Source: an uncultured Alphaproteobacteria bacterium
GTDB lineage: Bacteria > Pseudomonadota > Alphaproteobacteria > Rs-D84
DNA length: 64,000 nucleotides
Direction of reading: 5' to 3'
NCBI GenBank assembly: GCA_947367055.1
Contig: CANBCI010000003.1
Location: 161,508 to 225,507 of the forward strand
Shown piece after piece: positions 28,546 to 38,743 of this stretch. Under the pieces are notes generated by a model that worked only from the letters and a program-made list of their open reading frames with translations, did not search any database and had not been told where the DNA came from. Each line of letters begins with the position of its first letter. Positions within the stretch are counted from its first letter, which is position 1. The position numbers and the translations under genes are program-made.

Positions 28546-31500
28546 TTAATCCATTTTCTTTGGTGTCATCGCCAGACCCAAGCCCTGCAATTCGCGAACG
28601 AATACATTAAATGCCTCAGGGGTGCCGGTTTGGAAATCATTGCTGCCGGTGATGACGGAATCGTACATCTTGTTTCGACCCGCAATATCGTCGGATTTCA
28701 CCGTCAACATTTCGCGCAACAGGTGGGCCGCACCATGCGCCTCCAATGCCCAGACTTCCATTTCACCCAGTCTCTGTCCACCCATGTGGGCCTTACCGGA
28801 CAACGGCTGCTGTGTCACCAATGAATAATTGCCGACGGAACGCGCGTGAATCTTTTCATCAACAAAGTGATGCAGTTTCAGCATGTACATCACGCCGACC
28901 GTAACCGGACGTGCGAACTTTTCACCGGTCATTCCGTCATACAAGTCAAATTGACCTGTTTCCGGCAATTTGGCCAGTTTTAACATCTTGTGGATGTCGT
29001 CGGATGTCGCACCGTCAAATGTCGGGGTCGCCATCGGAACACCGTCGCGCAGCAACGCCGCCTCTGCCCGGACATCGGTATCGGTCATTTTTTCCAACTT
29101 TTCAGCGGTTTCCTTGCCGTATATCTTGCCCATGATATTGCGCAAATCGTCGGTGACCGCACGCTTTGCCTTGACTTCTTCCAAGACTTCGCCAATCTGC
29201 TGGCCCAAGCTGCGCGCTGCCATACCAAGGTGCGTTTCCAGAATCTGACCGATGTTCATACGGCTTGGCACGCCCAACGGATTCAGAACAATGTCAACCG
29301 GGGTTCCGTCAGCCAAATGCGGCATGTCTTCGATTGGAACAACCTTGGACACGATACCCTTGTTTCCGTGACGGCCGGCCATTTTGTCACCCGGCTGCAG
29401 TTTCATCTTGTGCGCGATGTAAACCTTGACCTCTTTCAAGACGCCCGCGTTCAGCGAATTGCTTTCGGTCGCCTTGGCAACTTCCGCATCCGCCTTTTCG
29501 TTCAACGCCTTTAATTTCAGAACATGCTGTTCGCGCAGTTCATCAATTTTTGCCTGCGCTTCCTTGTTCTTTACAACCAGTTTTTTAACATCGGCCGCAC
29601 GAATGCCTTCAAACACTTCCTGGGTCAATTTCTTGCCGATAAAGGGTTTCAGACTGCCGCTGCCGTTTTCGATTGTTTCGCCTTCGGCGATTTGGAAAAT
29701 CTGATCCGCAAAACCGCGTTCAATAATTGTCGTTTCTTCTTCGCGGTCCTGGTTTATCTTTTCGATTTTCTGCAATTCAATCATCTGGGTGCGTTCGTCC
29801 TTTTTGACACCATGACGCGTCAGAACATTAACACCGATAACCGTACCTTCTTCATTCGGTCCAACCTTCAGTGAGGTATCCTTGACATTCAAAGCCTTTT
29901 CACCAAAGATGTTGCGCAACAGCGCTTCTTCCGGTGTCAGCAGTGTTTCGGATTTCGGTGAAACGCGGCCAACCAGAATGTCGCCCTGCTTCACACGTGC
30001 ACCAACATAAATGATTCCGGATTCGTCCAGGTTTTTCAACGCTTCTTCGCTGACATTCGGGATGTCGCGCGTCAGGCTTTCCGGCCCTAATTGCGTATCG
30101 CGAACCTTGAATTCCTTTTCAACGATTTTGATTGATGTGAATGCGTCGTCGCGTGAAATGCGTTCGGAAATAACGATGGAATCTTCATAGTTATAACCGC
30201 GCCACGGCATAAACGCAACCAGCACATTGCGTCCCAACGCCAGTTCACCGTAATTCATAGACGCACCGTCGGCAATGATGTCGCCCGCGGATATGCGGTC
30301 GCCAACCTTTACCAATGGTTTCTGATGAATCAAAGTTTCACTGTTGCTGCGTTCAAACTTTTCCAAGTTATAAATGTCAACACCCGTCACGACATTGCGG
30401 CTGTTCATGCACTTTACAACGATACGGTTCGCATCAACGGATTCAACGACACCACTGTGTTTTGCAACCTTGCCGGTGCGGGAATCGCGCGCCACTTCGC
30501 GTTCAATACCCGTTCCGACCAGCGGGGCCTGAACACGCATCAGGGGAACCGCCTGACGCTGCATGTTCGAACCCATCAACGCACGGTTCGAGTCGTCACT
30601 TTCAATAAACGGGATCAGTCCGGTCGCAATGGACACAACCTGGCGCGGTTCAACGTCAATCAGGTCGATTTCACCCTTTGGCACCATCATAAATTCGCCG
30701 TTCACACGGGCCGTCACCATATCTTCGGCCAAGACACCCGCCGCGGTTATGGGCGTGTTACCCTGGGCGATTTTGTGGCCCAATTCCTCGTCCGCGGTCA
30801 AGTACACCATTTTGTCTGTAATTTTGTTGTTTTCAACAACATAATACGGTGTTTCGATAAATCCGTACGGATTAACGCGCGCGTATGTCGCCAAGTGGTT
30901 AATCAGACCGATGTTCGCACCTTCGGGTGTATGAATGGGGCAAAGTCTGCCATAGTGCGTCGGATGTACGTCGCGGACATCAATGCCGGCGCGTTCACGG
31001 TTTAGACCCCCGGGACCCAATGCGGAAATCAAACGTTTGTGTTCAACTTCGGACAACGGGTTATACGCATCCATAAACTGTGACAACTGCGATGTACCCA
31101 AAAATTCCGATACCAACGACATCAACGGTTTTACATTGATGACATCCTGCGGCTGCATATTGGCGATATTCGGACTCGACAACGCTTCGCGAACCAGACG
31201 TTCAATGCGAACCATGCCGGTACGGAAATTCTGTTCCAACAGTTCGCCAACCGTGCGCACGCGACGATTCGACAAGTTATCAATATCGTCGACCGTATCC
31301 TTGCGGTCAATGATATTCGTCAGCGTCTTCAGCACCGCCAGGAAATCCGCCTTGGTCAGCAGGCGTTCATCTTCCGGTTTTTTACCCGATTCGATTTTCA
31401 GGCGCTTGTTCATCTTAAAGCGGCCCACCGCAGACAAATCATAGTATGCCGCGTCAAAACCCTGTCGCATGAACAGGTTGATTGCCGCCTCTAATGTCGG

Positions 31501-32682
31501 GCGTTCACCCGGGCGGATGATGTTGTAAATTTCAATCAACGCTTCTTCGCGGTTCGTGGTCTTGTCCGCCATCAATGTGTTGCGCATGTGCGCGGAAATG
31601 GTGGAATTGTCAATGGAAATCAACGAAATGTTTTTGACATTCATCTTGTCCAAATCGGCCAGAACTTCTTCCGTGATTTCCGTGCCGGACTGGAATACAA
31701 CCTCGTCGCCGTTCATAACGGGATCAAACAAGTATTCACCAACCAAAGATTCCGGCATGATACCGAACTGCTTGGACGCGGCCATGATTTTGCCCAGACG
31801 CTTTGCGTTCAGCCTGTCGCCCTTGGACGCCAGAACCTTTTTGTCTTTCGGATTTATCAAATCATAATTCAAACGATATTTATCCAGGCCTTCGAAACTG
31901 TCGGTGTTTCCAACCCACATTTTGCCGTCAAACGACAACGGTATGGATTTATAAAACGCCCCCAGGATTTCAGTATCGCTCATGCCGCGGATATTCGCCT
32001 TGCGCGGATCGGCCAACCATTTCTTTTCATCGGCCGCCGACGGCAGGCAACGCAACAATACTGTCGCCGGAACCTTGCGGCGGCGGTCAATGCGAACATA
32101 AATCACACCCTTGGATTCTTCAAAATCAATCCAGCTGCCGTGTTCGGGAATAATGCGTGCCGTATAAGTTATCGGGTTGCCGGCAACCTTGGCTTCCTTG
32201 GTTGTGGCGAAAACGACACCCTGTGCGCGGTGCATTTGCGAAACGATTACTCGTTCAACACCAGACGCGATAAAGCTGCCGCGTTCGGTCATAAGCGGCA
32301 CTTCGCCCATAAATATTTCTTGGTCTTTGACCTCGCGCAATGACTTTTTGCCGTCTTCGGCGATGTCCCACAAAATCAATCTCAGCTTCAACTTCAGCTT
32401 GCTGGAATATGTCATATTACGCAGCATGCATTCTTTAACATTGTATACAGGCTTGTCCAAAGTATATTCCACAAATTCCAGGTCGGCGATGCCGGCATAA
32501 TCCTTGATTGGGAACATGGACGAAAATACATTCTGCAAACCGATATTTTTGCGATTTTCCGGCGCAACATCAGCCTGCAAAAAATCTTTGTATGAATTAT
32601 ATTGAATTTCAACCAAATCAGGAAGCGGAGTTTGCAAAAAACTTTTTCTAAAAGATTTTCTAAATTTCTGGATAACTGCCAT
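28546..32682 (-). CDS. rpoB: DNA-directed RNA polymerase subunit beta
   Basis: It is 1378 aa with conserved beta-subunit blocks. Confidence 0.95.
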   Translation of the reverse strand: MAVIQKFRKSFRKSFLQTPLPDLVEIQYNSYKDFLQADVAPENRKNIGLQNVFSSMFPIKDYAGIADLEFVEYTLDKPVYNVKECMLRNMTYSSKLKLKLRLILWDIAEDGKKSLREVKDQEIFMGEVPLMTERGSFIASGVERVIVSQMHRAQGVVFATTKEAKVAGNPITYTARIIPEHGSWIDFEESKGVIYVRIDRRRKVPATVLLRCLPSAADEKKWLADPRKANIRGMSDTEILGAFYKSIPLSFDGKMWVGNTDSFEGLDKYRLNYDLINPKDKKVLASKGDRLNAKRLGKIMAASKQFGIMPESLVGEYLFDPVMNGDEVVFQSGTEITEEVLADLDKMNVKNISLISIDNSTISAHMRNTLMADKTTNREEALIEIYNIIRPGERPTLEAAINLFMRQGFDAAYYDLSAVGRFKMNKRLKIESGKKPEDERLLTKADFLAVLKTLTNIIDRKDTVDDIDNLSNRRVRTVGELLEQNFRTGMVRIERLVREALSSPNIANMQPQDVINVKPLMSLVSEFLGTSQLSQFMDAYNPLSEVEHKRLISALGPGGLNRERAGIDVRDVHPTHYGRLCPIHTPEGANIGLINHLATYARVNPYGFIETPYYVVENNKITDKMVYLTADEELGHKIAQGNTPITAAGVLAEDMVTARVNGEFMMVPKGEIDLIDVEPRQVVSIATGLIPFIESDDSNRALMGSNMQRQAVPLMRVQAPLVGTGIEREVARDSRTGKVAKHSGVVESVDANRIVVKCMNSRNVVTGVDIYNLEKFERSNSETLIHQKPLVKVGDRISAGDIIADGASMNYGELALGRNVLVAFMPWRGYNYEDSIVISERISRDDAFTSIKIVEKEFKVRDTQLGPESLTRDIPNVSEEALKNLDESGIIYVGARVKQGDILVGRVSPKSETLLTPEEALLRNIFGEKALNVKDTSLKVGPNEEGTVIGVNVLTRHGVKKDERTQMIELQKIEKINQDREEETTIIERGFADQIFQIAEGETIENGSGSLKPFIGKKLTQEVFEGIRAADVKKLVVKNKEAQAKIDELREQHVLKLKALNEKADAEVAKATESNSLNAGVLKEVKVYIAHKMKLQPGDKMAGRHGNKGIVSKVVPIEDMPHLADGTPVDIVLNPLGVPSRMNIGQILETHLGMAARSLGQQIGEVLEEVKAKRAVTDDLRNIMGKIYGKETAEKLEKMTDTDVRAEAALLRDGVPMATPTFDGATSDDIHKMLKLAKLPETGQFDLYDGMTGEKFARPVTVGVMYMLKLHHFVDEKIHARSVGNYSLVTQQPLSGKAHMGGQRLGEMEVWALEAHGAAHLLREMLTVKSDDIAGRNKMYDSVITGSNDFQTGTPEAFNVFVRELQGLGLAMTPKKMD

Positions 32683-32847
32683 GGGTCTGAATCCTTTTTT
32701 CTTGTGCGTTTTGCAAACGAAAGCGACTGCTTATCGCTGTATCTTTTTTACGCCTGTGCGCCCGCCTAGGGAAAAATCCCCGGCGGGCTGGGCGTTGCGC
32801 CGCGATGCCGCGGCGACTTTTGGGCATTGCGCCCGTGCGTGATTAAA

Positions 32848-33213
32848 TTATTTCAATTCAATCTTGGCACCGGCGGCTTCCAATGTAGCCTTCATTTTTT
32901 CGGCTTCATCTTTAGCAACGCCTTCTTTCACGGCCTTCGGTGCGCCTTCGACCAAAGCTTTCGCTTCGCCCAGGCCCAAACCTGTGATGTCTTTTACAGC
33001 CTTGATAACAGCCAATTTGTTTGCACCGGCTTCGGCCAGAACAACATCAAATTCGCTTTTTTCTTCGGCGGCGGCGGCAGCCGGACCGGCCGAAACTGCG
33101 ACGGCGGCGGCGGCGCTAACGCCCCATGTTTCTTCCAACGCTTTGGACAGTTCAACTGCTTCCAAAACGGTCAATTTTGACAATTCTTCAACCAATTTTT
33201 GAATGTCTGCCAT
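32848..33213 (-). CDS. rplL: 50S ribosomal protein L7/L12
   Basis: The product is [19 protein letters not shown]...ELK. Confidence 0.95.
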   Translation of the reverse strand: MADIQKLVEELSKLTVLEAVELSKALEETWGVSAAAAVAVSAGPAAAAAEEKSEFDVVLAEAGANKLAVIKAVKDITGLGLGEAKALVEGAPKAVKEGVAKDEAEKMKATLEAAGAKIELK

Positions 33214-33258
33214 TTTATTACTCCTATTCAGTAATTCAGAATGTTTCCATTCTGCGTG

Positions 33259-33738
33259 TTATTGATTCTTTTTTCCATACTCTGCCGAAACACGCGCCAA
33301 ACGCGAACCCGGTTCGACCAGGATGCGCGCGATTGTACCGCGAATTTCCAACAGGGAAGGAAGCTTGGATAATTGCACAACGCCGTCCGTATCCAGAACA
33401 TCCGCGTCCATTTTACCACCGATGATTGTCAAATTCGGATGCGCATCCGCAAATTTGGCCAATACCTTGGTAACCGCCAGTGCGTCGGTTGCAACCGCAA
33501 CCGCCGTCGGCCGTTTCATCATATCGGACACAGGTTCGAAATCGGTACCCTTTAGCGCCAGTTTCATCAAACGGTTTTTGACAACCTTGAAAACGGAAAC
33601 CAACGGGCGCAAATCATTGCGCAGGGATTCCATTTCCTGAACCGTCAAACCATGGTTTTCAATAATGAAAACACCGTTTGCTTCTTTCAAGGACGACTGC
33701 AACGCTGAAATCAAATCTGATTTTTCTTCGCGTCTCAT
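33259..33738 (-). CDS. rplJ: 50S ribosomal protein L10
   Basis: Sequence and position within the cluster. Confidence 0.9.
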   Translation of the reverse strand: MRREEKSDLISALQSSLKEANGVFIIENHGLTVQEMESLRNDLRPLVSVFKVVKNRLMKLALKGTDFEPVSDMMKRPTAVAVATDALAVTKVLAKFADAHPNLTIIGGKMDADVLDTDGVVQLSKLPSLLEIRGTIARILVEPGSRLARVSAEYGKKNQ

Positions 33739-34154
33739 AAAATCATACCCTTACTTCTTCTGTTGTTAACTTTCCATCGGATGCAACACCCGGATGGGGC
33801 CTTTTTCCTGCCCCAAAGAATTTTTTCTTTGTCTATGACGGCGGTTTCCCTTTAAGCGACGGTTGCCGCACCATCAGTCTCGGACAGAAATCTGTTTTTC
33901 GGAACCGAACGGTTATCGGTGAGCTTCCTTTGCACTTTTTTGAAAGTACTTACAGGCTGACTTAAACCGACTCACCTCAAGTTTTTCACCGAATAAATTT
34001 CCCGACATCAGGTTGACCCGCCAAGACGAACAAAAACCACGTTCACCATGCAACAATAACGGTGCACTAATGAAATACTTGCAGTTGTTGCACGATCTCT
34101 CGGCCGGAAGTATTGTTGTCAAGTCATATGACATCGTTCGATTCCTTGTTGTTC
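33739..34154 (-). promoter_or_regulatory. rplJ leader region (expected L10(L12)4 autoregulatory leader)
   Basis: A 415 nt untranslated spacer lies between rplA and rplJ. A conserved L10 leader is established in bacteria; it was not folded here. Confidence 0.35.
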
Positions 34155-34829
34155 TTATTTCACCTCAACCTTCAGGCCCGGGCCCTGGGTTGTGGCAACC
34201 GCCGCACCCAAGATATACTGACCCTTGGAGGATGACGGTTTTACCTTTTTCAACTGTTCAATCAACGCAACCGCGTTTTCAACCAGTTTCGCCGTTTCAA
34301 AGGACATTTTACCAATACCGGCGTGAATGATGCCCTTCTTTTCCGCACGATATTCAATCTGGCCCGCCTTGGCGGTTTTCACCGCTTCGGCCACATTGTT
34401 CGTGACAGTGCCCAATTTCGGGTTCGGCATCAGGCCCTTCGGACCCAATACACGCGCGATTTTGGACATTTTCGGCATCATGTCCGGTGTTGCGATAACG
34501 CGGTCAAAATTGATTTCGCCGCCTGCGACTTTTTCAATCAATTCTTCGCCGCCAACAACATCGGCACCCGCCTTTTTGGCTTCGTCCTGGGAATTTGCCG
34601 TAAATACCGCAACGCGAACGGTTTTACCCGTACCATTGGGCAAAGACAGCATTCCACGGATATTCTGATCCGCCTTGGTCACATCAACACCCAAACGGAT
34701 GGCGATTTCCAATGTTTCATCAAACTTTTTGGACGCATACGGACGCAAAGCCTCAATCGCATCGGCGATGGAATAAACCTTGTCCGTGTCCAGATTTGCC
34801 CAAGTCTTTTGTCTTTTTGTCTGTTTCAT
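34155..34829 (-). CDS. rplA: 50S ribosomal protein L1
   Basis: Sequence. Confidence 0.95.
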   Translation of the reverse strand: MKQTKRQKTWANLDTDKVYSIADAIEALRPYASKKFDETLEIAIRLGVDVTKADQNIRGMLSLPNGTGKTVRVAVFTANSQDEAKKAGADVVGGEELIEKVAGGEINFDRVIATPDMMPKMSKIARVLGPKGLMPNPKLGTVTNNVAEAVKTAKAGQIEYRAEKKGIIHAGIGKMSFETAKLVENAVALIEQLKKVKPSSSKGQYILGAAVATTQGPGLKVEVK

Positions 34830-34833
34830 GATA

Positions 34834-35265
34834 TTATTCCTCCACCTTTACGCCCATAGAACGGCACTGACCGGCGACGATGTTCATCGCAGATTCAATG
34901 GTAGAGCAATTTAAATCCGGCATTTTGTTTTCTGCAATTTCCTTAATCTGTGCCTTGGTAATCGTGCCAACAAAATCACGACCCGGTTTCTTGGAGCCCA
35001 GTTTCAGTTTCAACGCCTTTTTGATATAGTATGATACCGGCGGCAGTTTCATGATAAATTCAAAACTGCGGTCAGTATAAACCGTGATAATGCACGGAAT
35101 CGGCATACCCGGTTCCTTGTCGGCGGTTTTGTCATTAAACTGCTTGCAGAATTCGGCGATATTAACGCCCGCGGCACCCAACGCCGGGCCAATCGGCGGC
35201 GCAGGATTTGCCTGTTTCGCAGGGACGACCAATTTGACCAATCCCTTAACTTCTTTTTTTGCCAT
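34834..35265 (-). CDS. rplK: 50S ribosomal protein L11
   Basis: Sequence. Confidence 0.95.
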   Translation of the reverse strand: MAKKEVKGLVKLVVPAKQANPAPPIGPALGAAGVNIAEFCKQFNDKTADKEPGMPIPCIITVYTDRSFEFIMKLPPVSYYIKKALKLKLGSKKPGRDFVGTITKAQIKEIAENKMPDLNCSTIESAMNIVAGQCRSMGVKVEE

Positions 35266-35384
35266 TTTGTCACTCCTTTTTCAGTTAGTGTCGTGGTACG
35301 ATGTGGCGCATCTACCACGGGGTTGCGGATTTTTAGCGGAACGATTCCACAAAACCCGCGAAAACTTTTTGTACGCGTCTGCGC

Positions 35385-35918
35385 TTATACTCTTTCGACC
35401 TGTTCAAATTCCAGTTCAACGCTAGTTTCACGACCAAACACCAGAATTGTGACCGTCATTTTTTGCTTTACATTATCAACATCGGACGCAACACCGTTGA
35501 AACCGGCAAACGGCCCGTCGATAACATGAACTTCCTGGCCCACCTCATACTCAACATCATCCGGCAGGAAACTACCCTCTTCCACCTGCTTTTGCAGACG
35601 GCGCGCCTCTTCTTCGCTGACGGCAATCGGCTTGTTTTTCGCCCCCAGGAACATAACAACCTGTGGCATCAGTTTAACCAGCGAGAATGTTTCGTTGTTC
35701 ATAACCATTTGAACAACAATGTATCCCGGAAAGAATTTGCGTTCCGCCTTGACGCGTTTTCCACCTTTGATTTCCACAACTTCGCGCGTCGGCACCAAAA
35801 TTTCGCCGAACAGCGCGTTCAGGCGCCGCTTGTCAATTTGTTCACGCAGGTTTCGCGCAACCTTGTCTTCGCACCCGGTGTGAACATTAACTACAAACCA
35901 CTGCATTTTGTCTTCCAT
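35385..35918 (-). CDS. nusG: transcription termination/antitermination factor NusG
   Basis: NGN and KOW domains are present, and it is positioned upstream of rplK. Confidence 0.9.
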   Translation of the reverse strand: MEDKMQWFVVNVHTGCEDKVARNLREQIDKRRLNALFGEILVPTREVVEIKGGKRVKAERKFFPGYIVVQMVMNNETFSLVKLMPQVVMFLGAKNKPIAVSEEEARRLQKQVEEGSFLPDDVEYEVGQEVHVIDGPFAGFNGVASDVDNVKQKMTVTILVFGRETSVELEFEQVERV

Positions 35919-35939
35919 ATGCGCATCCTTTGCCCGTGT

Positions 35940-36119
35940 TTAGAAAATCCAGCCTACAATCGCGTTCAGCACGCTGTCCACAACGAAAAAGAACAACGCC
36001 GCCAAACCAGAAAACACCAGAATCATTATCGTAGAACGAATTACGGTATCGCGCGACGGCCATACAATCTTGAACCATTCACTGCGTACTGATTTTATAT
36101 ATTCCAGTATTTTTTTCAT
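35940..36119 (-). CDS. secE: preprotein translocase subunit SecE
   Basis: The 59 aa product MKKILEYIKSVRSEWFKIVWPSRDTVIRSTIMILVFSGLAALFFFVVDSVLNAIVGWIF has a single TM. It is below the track cutoff. Confidence 0.8.
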   Translation of the reverse strand: MKKILEYIKSVRSEWFKIVWPSRDTVIRSTIMILVFSGLAALFFFVVDSVLNAIVGWIF

Positions 36120-36157
36120 AAAAACTGCCTGTCTATCCTGTTTTACTTGGTCATCCT

Positions 36158-36231
36158 TGGCAGGGGCAGAAGGAATCGAACCCTCATCCGCGGTTTTGGA
36201 GACCGATATTCTACCGTTGAACTATGCCCCT
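36158..36231 (-). tRNA. tRNA-Trp (anticodon CCA)
   Basis: The reverse complement AGGGGCATAGTTCAACGGTAGAATATCGGTCTCCAAAACCGCGGATGAGGGTTCGATTCCTTCTGCCCCTGCCA folds as a cloverleaf. Confidence 0.85.
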
Positions 36232-36477
36232 AAAAAGAACCAATTGCCTGCAATTTACAACGCCGGGCCAATATAGTCTGGGACAAGATAGCACAGCGCC
36301 ACAAAAAATCAAGCGGAAAATATTATAAGATTTTAATCGCGCCGGTGCAAGCAAAATATGCAATAAATATTCAAAATCAATCAGATAGGACGCGCGCACC
36401 ATCCGATACAAGCACTTTTTACTTGCGCGGCCCCCGCTTTTTTTTCTATGATTTACATACCAGGAGAGGAAAAATCG

Positions 36478-37154
36478 TGCAAAACCGCATAGAACCGCCA
36501 GTTTTAGTATCTCGTTTGATGACGTTTGTCTTGGCGGCGGCGCTGGTTGTATTAATGGCACTGGGGCTGACACTATACAAAATGTTCCCGCTAAACCGGC
36601 CGGAAATATTTTTCCTGGCATCCCAGCCGCGTGCCGATTTAGAAGTCCGGCTTATCGAAATGCCGCCAAATGATGAAAATTTGGCAAATTACAAAAAGGC
36701 TTTTATACGCGAATACATCAAGGCCCGAAACGAGGTTGTGCCCAATGCAAAGACAATGCGCGAAAAATGGGCGAACAACAGCGACGGCGTTGTGCGCGTA
36801 TGGTCTGACGACGCGGTATTTGCGAAATTCATTCAAACGGACATGTGGAACGCCCAGATGAACAACATACCGGATTTTGAGTTTTCATGCTCGGTTGAAT
36901 TTCAAAACGGTGCAATATCGCCATATTCAAACACTGACGACACATATATTGTAAATTTCCGTTATTTTTGTGCAGATAGTGATAGACAGATGGATAAAAA
37001 AGATTATAAAATAAAGATAAAGTTGGAAACAACGGACGGCGCAAAAATGAAATGGGCCGACCGCTTGGAAAATCCGTTGGGAATACGCGTGACGGAGTAC
37101 AAGGTGGAATCTGGAAACGGTGATCCGCTGGATACTGGGTTCCTGGCCGACTAA
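36478..37154 (+). CDS. virB8: type IV secretion system protein VirB8
   Basis: It has an N-terminal TM plus a periplasmic NTF2-like domain ending in NPLGIRVTEYKVE (VirB8 NPxG motif). Start is GTG at 36478 after GGAGAGG. The track's longer N-terminal extension is unlikely. Confidence 0.75.
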
Positions 37155-38720
37155 TTGATTTATGAAAGGATGATGGGCATGAGTTTTTCAAAAGCGTTCA
37201 AGTTAAATATATCCCTGTTGTGCATCGGCATGCTGTGCTTTGCCGCACCGGCGTTTGCCGAAGATTACGGCATACAGGAGGCATGGGACAACCCAAACGC
37301 CAACATGGCCAGCGGCAGCAGCAAACCCGGATACGCCCAATTGTCCTGGACCAAGGGCAGTGTTTTGCCAATCAAACTGCGCAACGGCATGGTGACAATG
37401 GTGACACTGCCAAACGGTGAACAAATTCAAGATGCCGTTATCGGGAACACGGGACTGTTCACAATTCAGGACGCGGTCCAGGGCGGCCGCACAATGATGA
37501 TAAGCCCGCAACCTGCCGTCCAGGGTGGCGATACAAACATGATTGTGACTGGCAAATCGGGAAATACATATGTGTTTTACCTGCGCGCGGAACCCGCAAA
37601 TTCCAGTGAAATTACATATTCACAGGTCGATATCGTTTTAGACGGAAACACCGCATTGCCCACAACGGGTACGGGCGCCACGACCGCATCCGGCGGAATG
37701 AATTCAATATTTGCGAAAAAATCCGCGGCGTCAAACACGGTTGGTGTTGACGGCGAAGATTACGGCTGGATAAAGTCCATGAAAATCGACCCGTCCGAAT
37801 TCCGCTTTGACCTGGACATTTTTGTTCCAAACCCTGATGATTATGTAATCGCACCGGAACGCGTATGGCGCGACAGAATATTTACATATATTGATTTTGG
37901 CGACAAGGTTATCGCCATGACCCAGCGCCCGGTCGTATCCCTTTTGGTCGAAGGTGGTGAATCCCCGGTTGGATTCCGCACCGACGGCGAAGACGGCCGC
38001 CTGTTGATTGTAGAGGCGGTCGGCGATATGGTTCTGCGCAGTGGCCAGCGAATTGTCTGCATTAAAAAGCGTGAAAAGCCGTTCCTGATTGCGGATACGG
38101 CATCCGTAATGGCCCTGGCCGAGGCGAATGTCGCCCAATCCATGATGTCCGGACAATCATTGAACAATATCGCGTATCAAATGGATGTGAACGCAATAAA
38201 CGCCGCCGGTACCAATTATACCGGGACACCGATATTCATGGGCCAAGGTGCCAGCAACACAACCGGTGCCGGATACTATATGCCCGCCGGATATGGCACA
38301 ATGATGACGGAAACTGTCACGGGTGGCGGCACGTCCGGCGTGACAATGATGCCGACCCAAAGACTAACGGCGGGTTCATATCTGCCACAAACAAATATAC
38401 CGCTGATTACCAGCAATCAAACCGGTGTCGCCGTTGAACTAAAATCCGACACATCAGTCAAGGCGCTGGATGATTATTGGACGGGTCTGCTGGCGAAATT
38501 CAGCGGCGATAACGGCCAGGGTCTGTTAACCCCGTACAAAGACATGGTGTTCTTTGCGGTTGATGAACAGGGTGTTGGTGATTTGGGTTCCGGTGCATCA
38601 ACGGCGCGTCTGTACCGCCTGCGCATAGGGCCGATGACGGATATTGACACGGCGCAATCGCTGTGCGACCAATTGCTGAAATTCAGCGGCGCCAGTTGCC
38701 ATGTCGTAAGAATCCAGTAA
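37155..38720 (+). CDS. virB9: type IV secretion system protein VirB9/TrbG-like, atypically long (521 aa) with Gly/Thr-rich insert and C-terminal SPOR-like domain
   Basis: The N-terminal domain is ...TGKSGNTYVFYL. The C-terminal VirB9 beta-sandwich is ...DYGWIKS...RIFTYIDFGD.... The C-terminus ...ARLYRLRIGPMTDIDTAQSLCDQLLKFSGASCHVVRI resembles SPOR. The true start may be ATG at 37179 (MSFSKAF… signal peptide). Confidence 0.7.
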   Translation: MIYERMMGMSFSKAFKLNISLLCIGMLCFAAPAFAEDYGIQEAWDNPNANMASGSSKPGYAQLSWTKGSVLPIKLRNGMVTMVTLPNGEQIQDAVIGNTGLFTIQDAVQGGRTMMISPQPAVQGGDTNMIVTGKSGNTYVFYLRAEPANSSEITYSQVDIVLDGNTALPTTGTGATTASGGMNSIFAKKSAASNTVGVDGEDYGWIKSMKIDPSEFRFDLDIFVPNPDDYVIAPERVWRDRIFTYIDFGDKVIAMTQRPVVSLLVEGGESPVGFRTDGEDGRLLIVEAVGDMVLRSGQRIVCIKKREKPFLIADTASVMALAEANVAQSMMSGQSLNNIAYQMDVNAINAAGTNYTGTPIFMGQGASNTTGAGYYMPAGYGTMMTETVTGGGTSGVTMMPTQRLTAGSYLPQTNIPLITSNQTGVAVELKSDTSVKALDDYWTGLLAKFSGDNGQGLLTPYKDMVFFAVDEQGVGDLGSGASTARLYRLRIGPMTDIDTAQSLCDQLLKFSGASCHVVRIQ

Positions 38721-38743
38721 TCCAAGCACGCGGCGGATAAAAC

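Noticed and set aside
24346-32682. Dozens of 60-260 aa ORFs in alternative frames or antisense within rpoB/rpoC, such as 27046-27825 and 30325-31005
   Set aside because: They are nested in two highly conserved, correctly framed genes. Long antisense ORFs are expected at this GC content.
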